From Patescibacteria group bacterium (GTDB lineage: Bacteria > Patescibacteriota > JABMPQ01 > JAQVVF01): a stretch of DNA of 64,000 nucleotides. The number at the start of each line of letters is the position of its first letter. The stretch's first letter is position 1. Positions 1 to 8,524 of the stretch are shown here, piece after piece. The stretch spans positions 68,557 to 132,556 of the forward strand of contig JAQVVF010000002.1 of assembly GCA_028699085.1 (NCBI GenBank). The letters run 5' to 3'. A program made the translations under genes and the position numbers. The notes under the pieces are model-generated. The model had not been told where the DNA came from. It worked only from the letters and a program-made list of their open reading frames with translations, and made no database searches.

Positions 1-209
1 GCACGAGTCTTAACTGGGGACTGTCCGCTGATTCTTTTTAGATTATCAATCATTATATCAATAAGTTTTGGATCTTTCAAGGTCTTTCCGGCACCAATAT
101 TCAAAACAACTTTAGTGATCTTTGGAATTTCATTTACATTTTTATAACCAAACTTCTCCTTCATAAAAGGCACAATCTTCTCATTATATTTTTTTTGTAG
201 TTCTGTCAT
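1..209 (-). CDS. rplE: 50S ribosomal protein uL5, N-terminal part (gene runs off the left edge)
   Basis: Hand translation from the ATG at 209-207 gives MTELQKKYNEKIVPFMKEKFGYKNVNEIPKITKVVLNIGAGK..., a uL5 N-terminus. It sits in the canonical position after rplX. Confidence 0.9.
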   Translation of the reverse strand, partial: MTELQKKYNEKIVPFMKEKFGYKNVNEIPKITKVVLNIGAGKTLKDPKLIDIMIDNLKRISGQSPVKTR

Positions 210-227
210 TACTTTATTACTTTATAA

Positions 228-536
228 TTAAATAGTTTCTTTGCATTTCTTGCAAATTCTAAATTTTTTCTTGTTTTCACCAATCTTTATTCCTGTTCTA
301 ACAGCCTTATTGCATTTTGGACATTTAAACAAAACATTAGAAATATCAATTGGCATATCTACTTGTATTTTCTGACCTTTCTTATCTTGTCTTTTAGATT
401 TTGCATGCTTTGACAATTTATTAACATTCTCAACAACAATTTTATCTTTTTTTGGCAAAACCGAAAGAACTTTGCCAACCTTGCCTTTGTCTTTGCCTGA
501 TATTACTAATACATTATCGCCTTTTTTAATTCTCAT
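228..536 (-). CDS. rplX: 50S ribosomal protein uL24
   Basis: KOW motif GDNVLVISGKDKGKVGKV; located between rplN and rplE. The C-terminus carries CPKC...CKKC (zinc-ribbon type). Confidence 0.95.
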   Translation of the reverse strand: MRIKKGDNVLVISGKDKGKVGKVLSVLPKKDKIVVENVNKLSKHAKSKRQDKKGQKIQVDMPIDISNVLFKCPKCNKAVRTGIKIGENKKKFRICKKCKETI

Positions 537-583
537 AAAATTCTTATTTGTAAATATTATCTACAGAACAACATTATTTATTC

Positions 584-949
584 TTATAATACTTCAACTG
601 CTAAAGATATAATCTTAGAAAAATCGCCCTTTCTTAATTCACGAGCTACTGGACCAAAAATTCTAGTCCCTTTTGGCTCCTTGCCATCAATAATTACCGC
701 TGCATTTTCATCAAACTTAATATATGTTCCATCTTCACGTCTTAATTCTTTATTTTGTCTGACGATAACAGCTTTTACTACTTCCTTGTTCTTAACAACT
801 CCGCCTGGAATAGCTTCTAATACAACAGCTGTAATAGTATCTCCAATTCTAGCGTATCTTCTTTTAAATCCTCTATGTACTCTAACACAACGGATAATCT
901 TTGCTCCGGTGTTATCAGCAACTTTCAATTTTGTTTGAGTCTGTATCAT
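584..949 (-). CDS. rplN: 50S ribosomal protein uL14
   Basis: [17 protein letters not shown]... is a typical uL14 N-terminus; operon position fits. Confidence 0.97.
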   Translation of the reverse strand: MIQTQTKLKVADNTGAKIIRCVRVHRGFKRRYARIGDTITAVVLEAIPGGVVKNKEVVKAVIVRQNKELRREDGTYIKFDENAAVIIDGKEPKGTRIFGPVARELRKGDFSKIISLAVEVL

Positions 950-950
950 C

Positions 951-1214
951 TTATTTAGCTAATATTTTCTTTAATCTATAATGTTTATCTTTGCTCAAAG
1001 GCCTGCATTGCTCAATCAAGACAACATTACCAACTTTAGCTTTATTATTCAAATCATGAGCTTTTACTTTCAAAGAAACATAATATCTCTTTTTATAAAC
1101 AGGATGAGCCTTAATTCTTTCAACCTCAACAACAATGGATTTATCCATTTTATCAGATACAACTGTACCTTCTAATTGGCGTGGCATTTTTTTCTTATCT
1201 AAATTTTTTTCCAT
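951..1214 (-). CDS. rpsQ: 30S ribosomal protein uS17
   Basis: [18 protein letters not shown]...HPVYKK motif; operon position. The start could instead be the internal Met (MPRQLEG). Confidence 0.93.
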   Translation of the reverse strand: MEKNLDKKKMPRQLEGTVVSDKMDKSIVVEVERIKAHPVYKKRYYVSLKVKAHDLNNKAKVGNVVLIEQCRPLSKDKHYRLKKILAK

Positions 1215-1233
1215 ATAATTTATAATACTGTAA

Positions 1234-1434
1234 TTAAGCTTCTTTAATTAATAATCTTTCTTTCATGACTGTCAGAACTTTTGCAATATCTTTCTTTAAC
1301 AAAGAAATTTCTTTTACATTCTTATGTTGATTTGAAGCAATCTTAAATCTAACTTCACGCAGGCTTTCTCTTTTTTCAGCCAACATTTTCACTAACTCTT
1401 TATCCTTTTTTTCTCTGATTTCTTTAACTTTCAT
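1234..1434 (-). CDS. rpmC: 50S ribosomal protein uL29
   Basis: 66-aa helical Lys-rich protein lying between rplP and rpsQ. Confidence 0.9.
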   Translation of the reverse strand: MKVKEIREKKDKELVKMLAEKRESLREVRFKIASNQHKNVKEISLLKKDIAKVLTVMKERLLIKEA

Positions 1435-1461
1435 ACTTTAAAACTTTATAACTTTAAAACT

Positions 1462-1869
1462 TTATAACTCCATTATAAACTTAGTCTTAATCGGTAATTT
1501 GTTAGCAGCCAAACGTAATGCCTCTCGTGCGACTTTCTCCGTTACTCCGTCCATTTCAAATAAAATCTTTCCTGGTGCAACAGAAACAACAAAATGATCA
1601 ACTGCACCCTTGCCTTTACCCATTGGAGTTTCAGCTCCTTTTGTAGTTACTGGCTTATCAGGAAATATTCTAATCCAAACTTTTCCACCACGTTGGATAA
1701 ATCTAGTCATAGCACGTCTAGAAGCTTCAATCTGTCTTGCTGTCAACCACTTACCTTCCATCGCTTTAATACCAAACATACCAAAACTTAATTGACTTCC
1801 ACGAACCTCAAGTCTTTTATTGCTTCCTTTTTGCCATTTTCTATGTTTTACTTTTTTCGGCATTAACAT
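1462..1869 (-). CDS. rplP: 50S ribosomal protein uL16
   Basis: [13 protein letters not shown]...[12 protein letters not shown]...[11 protein letters not shown] are uL16 motifs. Confidence 0.97.
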   Translation of the reverse strand: MLMPKKVKHRKWQKGSNKRLEVRGSQLSFGMFGIKAMEGKWLTARQIEASRRAMTRFIQRGGKVWIRIFPDKPVTTKGAETPMGKGKGAVDHFVVSVAPGKILFEMDGVTEKVAREALRLAANKLPIKTKFIMEL

Positions 1870-1898
1870 ATATTCGAAATTAGCTTAATTCTTAAAAA

Positions 1899-2540
1899 TT
1901 ATTTCTGAAAAACTTCACCTTTATAAATCCACACTTTGACACCGATTGTTCCCATTGTAGTTTGCGCATTTCTTTTAGCAAAATCAATATTAGCTCTCAA
2001 AGTATGTAAAGGTAATTTTCCTTCTGCAACCCATTCTCTTCTCGACATTTCCGATCCATCTAATCTGCCAGAAACCATAATCTTGCAACCTTTGACATGT
2101 CTATTCTGCATTGTTCTCTCTAATGCTCTCTTAATAACTCTTCTAAATGAAATTCTTTTTTCAAGTTGTTCTGCAATTAATACTCCAACTGTAGCTGCAT
2201 CTGCTTCTGGCTCTTTTATTTCTTTAATATTAATATCAACCTTTATTCCATTACCAACAATTTTTGCAATATCTTTTTTCATATCTTCAATTTCTGTTCC
2301 ACCACGACCGATAATAATTCCAGGTCTTGAAGAATGCAAAGTAAAAATTATTGATTGTGCAGTTCTTTCAATTTCAACTATAGACAAAGCAGCATTTTTC
2401 AATTTCTCAAAAATCATCTTTCTCAACTTTACATCACTAATCAAATAATTTTTATATTTTTGATTATCAGAAAACCACTTCGATGACCAAGTCTGCAATC
2501 CCCCTATTCTCAAACTGATTGGACTTATCTTATGTCCCAT
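1899..2540 (-). CDS. rpsC: 30S ribosomal protein uS3
   Basis: MGHKISPISLRIG...KH-domain GRGG...GRLDGSEMSR are uS3 motifs. Confidence 0.97.
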   Translation of the reverse strand: MGHKISPISLRIGGLQTWSSKWFSDNQKYKNYLISDVKLRKMIFEKLKNAALSIVEIERTAQSIIFTLHSSRPGIIIGRGGTEIEDMKKDIAKIVGNGIKVDINIKEIKEPEADAATVGVLIAEQLEKRISFRRVIKRALERTMQNRHVKGCKIMVSGRLDGSEMSRREWVAEGKLPLHTLRANIDFAKRNAQTTMGTIGVKVWIYKGEVFQK

Positions 2541-2583
2541 ATGTTTAAATAAAAATACTTAATAACTTTATAAAACCTTTAAA

Positions 2584-3087
2584 CTACATTGCTTTTCTTT
2601 GGAAGATCTTATTACCACCGCTTGTCTTTCTTCCAAAAAATCCCCGTTTCTGATCATTATTCTTGCCCCATTTCTTTTTTTTCTTTACTTTCTTTTCTTG
2701 TTTTTCTACAATTTTAGCTTCTTCTTTCTTAATTTTCTTAGCTTTTTTTCCTTTTACTTTTTCTTCCAATTCAATTTCAATATGGCTTGTTCTTCTTCTA
2801 ATAGTATAAGCTCTACCAAATGCTCGAGGACGAAATCTCTTCAATGTCGGTGCTTCATTAACAAAAACCTTAAAAACAAACAGATTATCTTTCTCCATAT
2901 TAAAGTTATGAACTGCGTTACTTGTAGCAGATAATAACAATTTCAATACTAAATCTGAAGATTTTTTATTCAAAAATCTCAATTGATTTTCTGCATCAAT
3001 CACATCTAAACCTCGAATTAGATCAACTACTAATTTCGCTTTTCTCGGAGCAATATGTAAATGTCTTAATGTTGCTTTAACTGACAT
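2584..3087 (-). CDS. rplV: 50S ribosomal protein uL22 with a Lys-rich C-terminal extension of about 55 aa
   Basis: LRHLHIAPRKAKLVVDLIRG...RAFGRAYTIRRRTSHIEI is the uL22 core. The protein is 167 aa, against about 110-120 aa in typical bacteria. Confidence 0.95.
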   Translation of the reverse strand: MSVKATLRHLHIAPRKAKLVVDLIRGLDVIDAENQLRFLNKKSSDLVLKLLLSATSNAVHNFNMEKDNLFVFKVFVNEAPTLKRFRPRAFGRAYTIRRRTSHIEIELEEKVKGKKAKKIKKEEAKIVEKQEKKVKKKKKWGKNNDQKRGFFGRKTSGGNKIFQRKAM

Positions 3088-3098
3088 ATATAGATTAA

Positions 3099-3446
3099 TT
3101 ATTCTTTAACTTCTTTTTTTTCACCTTCTTGCGCAGCTGCTAACTTTTGCGTCTCTGCTGCTTGAGCTGCTGCTGCTTCTTCCTTAGCAATTCTACCACC
3201 ATGAACTTCAAATCTTCTTGTCGGAGAAAACTCACCCAATCTATGTCCAACCATTTCTTCTGTTAAAAATACTGGAATGTGTTCTTTTCCATTATGTACT
3301 CCAATTGTAAAACCTACCATTTCTGGAAAAATAGTTGAGGATCTAGACCATGTTTTAATGATAGTCTTATCTCCTTGTCTCAATTTCTTTAATTTCTTTA
3401 AAAGTTTTGGATCACACCACAAACCTTTCTTTAAACTTCGTGACAT
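3099..3446 (-). CDS. rpsS: 30S ribosomal protein uS19 (Ala/Glu-rich C-terminal tail)
   Basis: MSRSLKKG...[31 protein letters not shown]...[11 protein letters not shown] matches uS19. Confidence 0.97.
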   Translation of the reverse strand: MSRSLKKGLWCDPKLLKKLKKLRQGDKTIIKTWSRSSTIFPEMVGFTIGVHNGKEHIPVFLTEEMVGHRLGEFSPTRRFEVHGGRIAKEEAAAAQAAETQKLAAAQEGEKKEVKE

Positions 3447-3473
3447 AATATATGTAACTTAGTATCTTATAAA

Positions 3474-4304
3474 TTATTTTCTTCTTCTAAGTATCAACTT
3501 ATCCGATAATCTATGAGGTTTTCTAGTCTTGACACCCATTGCTGGCTTGCCCCATCTTGTCTTTGGATGAATCATACCAATTGAGTTTCTTCCTTCACCA
3601 CCACCATGTGGGTGATCTTTTGGATTCATCGCTTTACCTCTTACTTCTGGTCTTCTGCCCATTTTTCTGCTTCTACCTGCGCTACCAATTATGATATTTC
3701 CATGATCAATATTGCTAATTCTACCAATCGTTGCACAAGAATCAATTAAGATATTTCTTACTTCACCAGAAGGAAATTTTAATTGAGCAAACTTGCCTTC
3801 AATTGCTAAAAGTTGAGCAGCTGCACCAGCACTTCTAACCATTTGTCCGCCTCTATTAGGCGCAAATTCAACTTCAGAAATAAAAGTACCCGTAGGAATA
3901 TATTTCAATGGATATCTATTTCCAACGGTTGCTTCAAGCTTTTTCAATGAACTCTTGACTTTATCACCAACCTTCAAATTTTCTTGAGCTAAAATATATG
4001 CCTTAGAACCATCAGTGTATTCAATCAATGCAACAAAAGCAGATCTATTTGGATCATATTCCAAGCTTTTTACTTCACCTTCAACATCATAATTTGATCT
4101 TCTAAAATCAATCATTCTATATTGTCTTTTGCTGCTTCCACCACGATGACGAATCGTAATTTTTCCTCGATGATTTCTACCACTATGTTTTTTTAATGCT
4201 ACAATCAAACCTTTTTCAGGTTCTTTTTTTGTTAACATTGAAAAATCAACGGTCGTAATATATCGTCTTGATGCTGTAACTGGTTTGTAGGTCTTAATTG
4301 GCAT
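3474..4304 (-). CDS. rplB: 50S ribosomal protein uL2
   Basis: GRNHRGKITIRHRGGSSKR...MNPKDHPHGGGEGR are uL2 motifs. Confidence 0.98.
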   Translation of the reverse strand: MPIKTYKPVTASRRYITTVDFSMLTKKEPEKGLIVALKKHSGRNHRGKITIRHRGGSSKRQYRMIDFRRSNYDVEGEVKSLEYDPNRSAFVALIEYTDGSKAYILAQENLKVGDKVKSSLKKLEATVGNRYPLKYIPTGTFISEVEFAPNRGGQMVRSAGAAAQLLAIEGKFAQLKFPSGEVRNILIDSCATIGRISNIDHGNIIIGSAGRSRKMGRRPEVRGKAMNPKDHPHGGGEGRNSIGMIHPKTRWGKPAMGVKTRKPHRLSDKLILRRRK

Positions 4305-4349
4305 TATCGAAAATTATTACTTTATAAATTTTGTAACTTTAAAACTCCG

Positions 4350-4754
4350 TTATACTCCTTCATAGATCTGGATGCTTTTTCCTGCTGGCAATGTTACAAT
4401 CGCTTTCTTTTTTGCGGAAGTCTGTCCAACTGTTTTTCCATATCTTCTTGATTTTCCAGATAAATTTATAACATTAACTTTTATTGGTTTAATTCCATAA
4501 ACTGCATAAATTGCTCTTGCAATCTCTTGCTTTGAAGCTGAGCTCTTTACTTGAAAAACATATTTATTAGAAATATTCAAATCTGCGCCTTTTTCTGAAA
4601 CTACCGGTTTTAACAAACATCTATGTGCTGCGCTATAAATATTTACAGCCTTTTTCGACTTTTCAGTATTTTTAGCAACTGAATCTTTCTTCTTAATAGA
4701 AGTTTCTTTTTTCTCATCTTTCTTTCCTTTTTTGAATACATCTAATAAAGCCAT
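4350..4754 (-). CDS. rplW: 50S ribosomal protein uL23 with a Lys-rich N-terminal extension of about 40 aa
   Basis: Core sequence LLKPVVSEKG...YVFQV...KPIKVNVIN...KKAIVTL; operon position between rplD and rplB. Confidence 0.93.
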   Translation of the reverse strand: MALLDVFKKGKKDEKKETSIKKKDSVAKNTEKSKKAVNIYSAAHRCLLKPVVSEKGADLNISNKYVFQVKSSASKQEIARAIYAVYGIKPIKVNVINLSGKSRRYGKTVGQTSAKKKAIVTLPAGKSIQIYEGV

Positions 4755-4770
4755 ATATTTAACTTGAAAA

Positions 4771-5382
4771 TTATTTAATCATTGCTAAAGATTTCTTATC
4801 TACAACCAATGTATCATATTTAACAACGTCATAAACGTTCAATAAATTTGATAATAATGGTTTTACACTTGAAACATTTCTGATAGACTTCATTGTCTTT
4901 TCATCATTTTCATTCAGCATTACCAAGGCGTTTTTTTCTACTTTAATATTCCTTAAAATCTTTACAAACTCTTTAGTTTTAATTGCTTCCATTTTTAATT
5001 CATCAAGAACAACTAATTTCTTTGAATTGTATTTATCAGAAAGCGCCATATGCAAAGCTTTTCTTTTTTCCTTCTTGTTTATTCTTTTTACATCATTCTT
5101 AGTCGCAACAGGACCAAATGTCTTACCTCCGCCCTTCCATAATGGAGAACGAATAGAACCAACACGAGCACGTCCTGTACCTTTTTGCTTCCATGGCTTA
5201 ATACCGCCACCTCTTACCTCAGCTCTATCTTTTGATTTGGAAGTAACTTCTTTTTTGCTCAATTGGGCAACAACTGCACGATGTACAACAGAATTTTTAA
5301 CTTCAACACCAAAAATATTTGGATCTAAATCCACTGTACCAACTTTCTTTCCTTCTTTGTTCAATATATCAACTTTTAACAT
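4771..5382 (-). CDS. rplD: 50S ribosomal protein uL4
   Basis: RGGGIKPWKQKGTGRARVGSIRSPLWKGGGKTFGP is a uL4 motif. Confidence 0.97.
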   Translation of the reverse strand: MLKVDILNKEGKKVGTVDLDPNIFGVEVKNSVVHRAVVAQLSKKEVTSKSKDRAEVRGGGIKPWKQKGTGRARVGSIRSPLWKGGGKTFGPVATKNDVKRINKKEKRKALHMALSDKYNSKKLVVLDELKMEAIKTKEFVKILRNIKVEKNALVMLNENDEKTMKSIRNVSSVKPLLSNLLNVYDVVKYDTLVVDKKSLAMIK

Positions 5383-5400
5383 ATGTAGCTAAAATAATCT

Positions 5401-6012
5401 TTAATTTCCACGAATTCTTAACCATGTTCCAACTTTGCCAGGCAAAGCTCCTTTTACGGCTAATACGTTTTCATTCACATTTATATCTAAAACTGATGAA
5501 TTCTTTGAAGTTACATTTTCTCCACCCATTCTTCCACCCATTCTTCTACCTTTCATAACGTGTTGAGGATGACCGGAGTTAATAGAACCAGGAGCTCTCC
5601 AATCGTGCTTATGACCATGCGAATGTGGTGCTCCATGAAAACCATGCCTCTTCATAACTCCAGCAAAGCCCTTACCTTTTGAAACGCCTGAAATAGACAA
5701 AGAATCACCAATTTTGAACTGTGAAATATCAATTTTATCACCAATTTTAAATGGAGTCAAGTCTTCAATTCTGAACTCTGCGAAACTACTTAAATTTTCT
5801 TTGATACCCGCCTTATTTAACGATCCTTTTACTCTACCATCGCCCTTTTTAACAATTTTATAGCCAACTTGAATAGCAGAATAGCCATCCTTTTTAGCAT
5901 CCAAAAGCCTAGTAACAAAACAATTACCAATTCTAATTAAGGTAACAGCTTCAAGTTTACCTTCTTTGTACATTCTACTCATTCCAATTTTTTCGCCAAA
6001 AATGAATTTCAT
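5401..6012 (-). CDS. rplC: 50S ribosomal protein uL3
   Basis: GEKIGMSRMY...GKGFAGVMKRHGFHG...HKHDWRAPGSIN are uL3 motifs. Confidence 0.97.
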   Translation of the reverse strand: MKFIFGEKIGMSRMYKEGKLEAVTLIRIGNCFVTRLLDAKKDGYSAIQVGYKIVKKGDGRVKGSLNKAGIKENLSSFAEFRIEDLTPFKIGDKIDISQFKIGDSLSISGVSKGKGFAGVMKRHGFHGAPHSHGHKHDWRAPGSINSGHPQHVMKGRRMGGRMGGENVTSKNSSVLDINVNENVLAVKGALPGKVGTWLRIRGN

Positions 6013-6243
6013 TGCTTAAAAATATATATTAACAATATTTATCTATTTCTAAAAAATAAATAAAGACCTAGATAAATTAGGTTAACAAACCTCAAGCGAA
6101 CTAGTCGCCATCTTATTTGCTAAACTTAGTCTATATCTAAAACTATATCTAAACTCGTAACAAATACCTTTAAAACATTCACAAAATCTTTCTCAAGCAT
6201 TCAAATACTCACTCGATTTATTCGAAAAAGCATTCGAGTAAGA

Positions 6244-6585
6244 TTACATCTTTATTTCAACATCAACACCTGCTGGTAAATTAAGGTTCGACAAAGCATC
6301 AATAGTCTTTGGAGTTGGCTTTACAATATCAATCAATCTCTTATGAATTCTAATCTCAAATTGTTCACGAGCGTCTTTATGAACAAATGTAGATTTCAAA
6401 ACAGTATCCCTATGCTTTTCAGTAGGAAGTGGAATCGGGCCGATAACTTCTGCACCGGATCTCTTTGCAGTTTCAATTATCTGCTCTGCTGATTGATCAA
6501 TAATCTTATGATCAAATGCCTTAATTTTAATTCTTATTCTTGGAGAAGATGTTTCTTCTTTCTTTTCTTGATTCTTTGTCATCAA
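6244..6585 (-). CDS. rpsJ: 30S ribosomal protein uS10 (short N-terminal extension)
   Basis: [40 protein letters not shown]...[12 protein letters not shown] matches uS10. Confidence 0.97.
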   Translation of the reverse strand: MMTKNQEKKEETSSPRIRIKIKAFDHKIIDQSAEQIIETAKRSGAEVIGPIPLPTEKHRDTVLKSTFVHKDAREQFEIRIHKRLIDIVKPTPKTIDALSNLNLPAGVDVEIKM

Positions 6586-6596
6586 AAGGACTTATT

Positions 6597-6630
6597 TATT
6601 AAAACCCGACTCAAGTTTGATGAGTCGGGT
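6597..6630 (-). terminator. Strong hairpin plus U-tract after tuf, ending about 11 nt before the rpsJ start
   Basis: ACCCGACTCA (6604-6613) pairs perfectly with TGAGTCGGGT (6621-6630) around a 7-nt loop. On the minus strand the hairpin is followed by TTTTAATA. Confidence 0.75.
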
Positions 6631-6643
6631 CTTACTTAATCAT

Positions 6644-7837
6644 TTATTTAATAATCTTAGTTACAACACCAGCACCAACTGTTTTTCCGCCTTCGCGGAT
6701 AGCAAATTTCATCTTTTCTTCCATAGCAACTGGAGCAACTAATTTAACTTTCATTCCATTTACAGTATCGCCAGGCATAACCATTTCAGTTCCAGAAGGT
6801 AATGTTACTTCACCAGTAACATCAGTAGTTCTGACATAGAATTGTGGTTTATAGCCATTTGTAAATGCTGTATGGCGTCCGCCTTCTTCTTTCTTCAAAA
6901 TATAGGATTCTGCTTCAAATTCAGTATGAGGAGTAATTGAACCTGGTTTTGCTAATACTTGTCCTCTTTCAACATCTTCTTTCTTTGTACCACGTAACAA
7001 GATACCAGCGTTATCACCAGCTCTACCTTCATCCAAAGATTTATTGAACATTTCAATGCCAGTAGCAACAGTTTTTTGAGTAGGTTTTAAACCAACAATT
7101 TCAACAGCATCATTAATTTTAACCATGCCTCTTTCAATTCTACCAGTTACAACAGTTCCACGTCCTTCAATTGAGAATACATCTTCAATAGGCATTAATA
7201 ATGGTTTATCAACATCTCTTTTTGGATCAGGGATATATGAATCTAATTTTTCCAATAATTCTAGAATTGGTTTTCCTGCTTCACCTGATGGATCTTCCAA
7301 AGCTTTTAAAGCTGAACCTTTTACAATTGGAACTTCATCGCCAGGAAAATGATATTTCTTTAATAATTCTCTAACTTCTTCTTCAACCAAAGCAACCATT
7401 TCTGGGTCGTCAACTTGATCAACTTTGTTTAAAAATACAACAATTGATGGAACACCAACTTGATAAGCTAAAAGAATATGCTCTCTTGTTTGAGGCATTG
7501 GTCCATCAGCAGCAGATACAACCAAAATAGCACCATCCATTTGAGCTGCACCAGTAATCATATTCTTAATATAATCAGCGTGTCCTGGGCAATCAACGTG
7601 TGCATAGTGTCTTTTGTCTGTTTCATATTCACAGTGAGCTGTAGCAATAGTAATACCTCTCTCATGCTCTTCTGGAGCTGAGTCAATTTGATCAACTGAT
7701 CTTTCTTGTGCTTTACCTTTTCCAGTAGCATTGATAACTTTCAAAATAGCTGCTGTTAAAGTAGTTTTACCATGATCAACATGGCCAATTGTACCTACGT
7801 TTAAATGTGGTTTTGATCTGTCAAATTTTTCTGCCAT
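6644..7837 (-). CDS. tuf: Elongation factor Tu
   Basis: [18 protein letters not shown] and NKVD GTPase motifs; full-length 397 aa. Confidence 0.99.
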   Translation of the reverse strand: MAEKFDRSKPHLNVGTIGHVDHGKTTLTAAILKVINATGKGKAQERSVDQIDSAPEEHERGITIATAHCEYETDKRHYAHVDCPGHADYIKNMITGAAQMDGAILVVSAADGPMPQTREHILLAYQVGVPSIVVFLNKVDQVDDPEMVALVEEEVRELLKKYHFPGDEVPIVKGSALKALEDPSGEAGKPILELLEKLDSYIPDPKRDVDKPLLMPIEDVFSIEGRGTVVTGRIERGMVKINDAVEIVGLKPTQKTVATGIEMFNKSLDEGRAGDNAGILLRGTKKEDVERGQVLAKPGSITPHTEFEAESYILKKEEGGRHTAFTNGYKPQFYVRTTDVTGEVTLPSGTEMVMPGDTVNGMKVKLVAPVAMEEKMKFAIREGGKTVGAGVVTKIIK

Positions 7838-7863
7838 TTTTTTATAGTTTAATTATTATTTTA

Positions 7864-7892
7864 ATTATATACGCAAAAAATTATAATGTCAA
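7864..7892 (-). promoter_or_regulatory. Sigma-70-type promoter for tuf
   Basis: On the minus strand, TTGACA (7892-7887), a 17-nt spacer, then TATAAT (7869-7864). Confidence 0.6.
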
Positions 7893-8021
7893 ATCTAAAT
7901 CCTCTATTTTTACAACTTAAAAAAAATTATGCAAAAATAAAAAATAATATTTCAAAAATCTATTTTGCAAGAAGCATTATAACAACATTTATGATATAAA
8001 GCAAGACCTTTTTGTTGATAA

Positions 8022-8432
8022 CTATAAGTCAAATCTCTCATCTTCTTGCTCACAATCAACATCATAATAATAGCTCAAATCTTCCTCAACAAAATTATCT
8101 TTCTTACTATTTTGCTTAAGCGATTCATAATCAATACATTGCTTATCTTCTATCCAATTCTTTTTTGGCAAGTATTCTGAATAATCTTTTTCTGCTTCTT
8201 CGTTTTCTAATTTCCAACTAGCTATGTCAGAATTTATTTTATCAATCAACATTTTTCCTGAACAACACTTATCAGTTTTTTCTTTTTTGCTCAATATTTT
8301 TTCATATTCAGGAATAGACATTAAAACAAAAGAAGGTTTTCCATTTTCTACAATAATATATTTTCCGCCAGTAGATTTAAATAATCTCAAAATTGCCGGA
8401 AATTCTTTTGGATCTAAAACATTGATTGTCAT
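8022..8432 (-). CDS. Hypothetical protein with a Phd/YefM-antitoxin-like N-terminal segment and an acidic C-terminal half
   Basis: KYIIVENGKPSFVLMSIPEYEKIL resembles the Phd/YefM fold signature. The start is taken at the ATG for MTINVLD. No toxin partner lies adjacent. Confidence 0.5.
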   Translation of the reverse strand: MTINVLDPKEFPAILRLFKSTGGKYIIVENGKPSFVLMSIPEYEKILSKKEKTDKCCSGKMLIDKINSDIASWKLENEEAEKDYSEYLPKKNWIEDKQCIDYESLKQNSKKDNFVEEDLSYYYDVDCEQEDERFDL

Positions 8433-8524
8433 AATATTTTTATTTTTAATTATTAGATTATTCAATTATCCAATTACTAAATGTTTTCAATTAACATTTA
8501 GTAATTAAGAATTTAATAAACTTT

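Noticed and set aside
681-2448. Plus-strand ORFs of 61-170 aa (681..938, 981..1175, 1594..1791, 1610..1795, 1936..2448) antisense to ribosomal-protein genes
   Set aside because: They lie entirely inside well-supported minus-strand ribosomal-protein genes and translate to low-complexity F/I/L/S-rich sequence typical of antisense shadows in AT-rich DNA.
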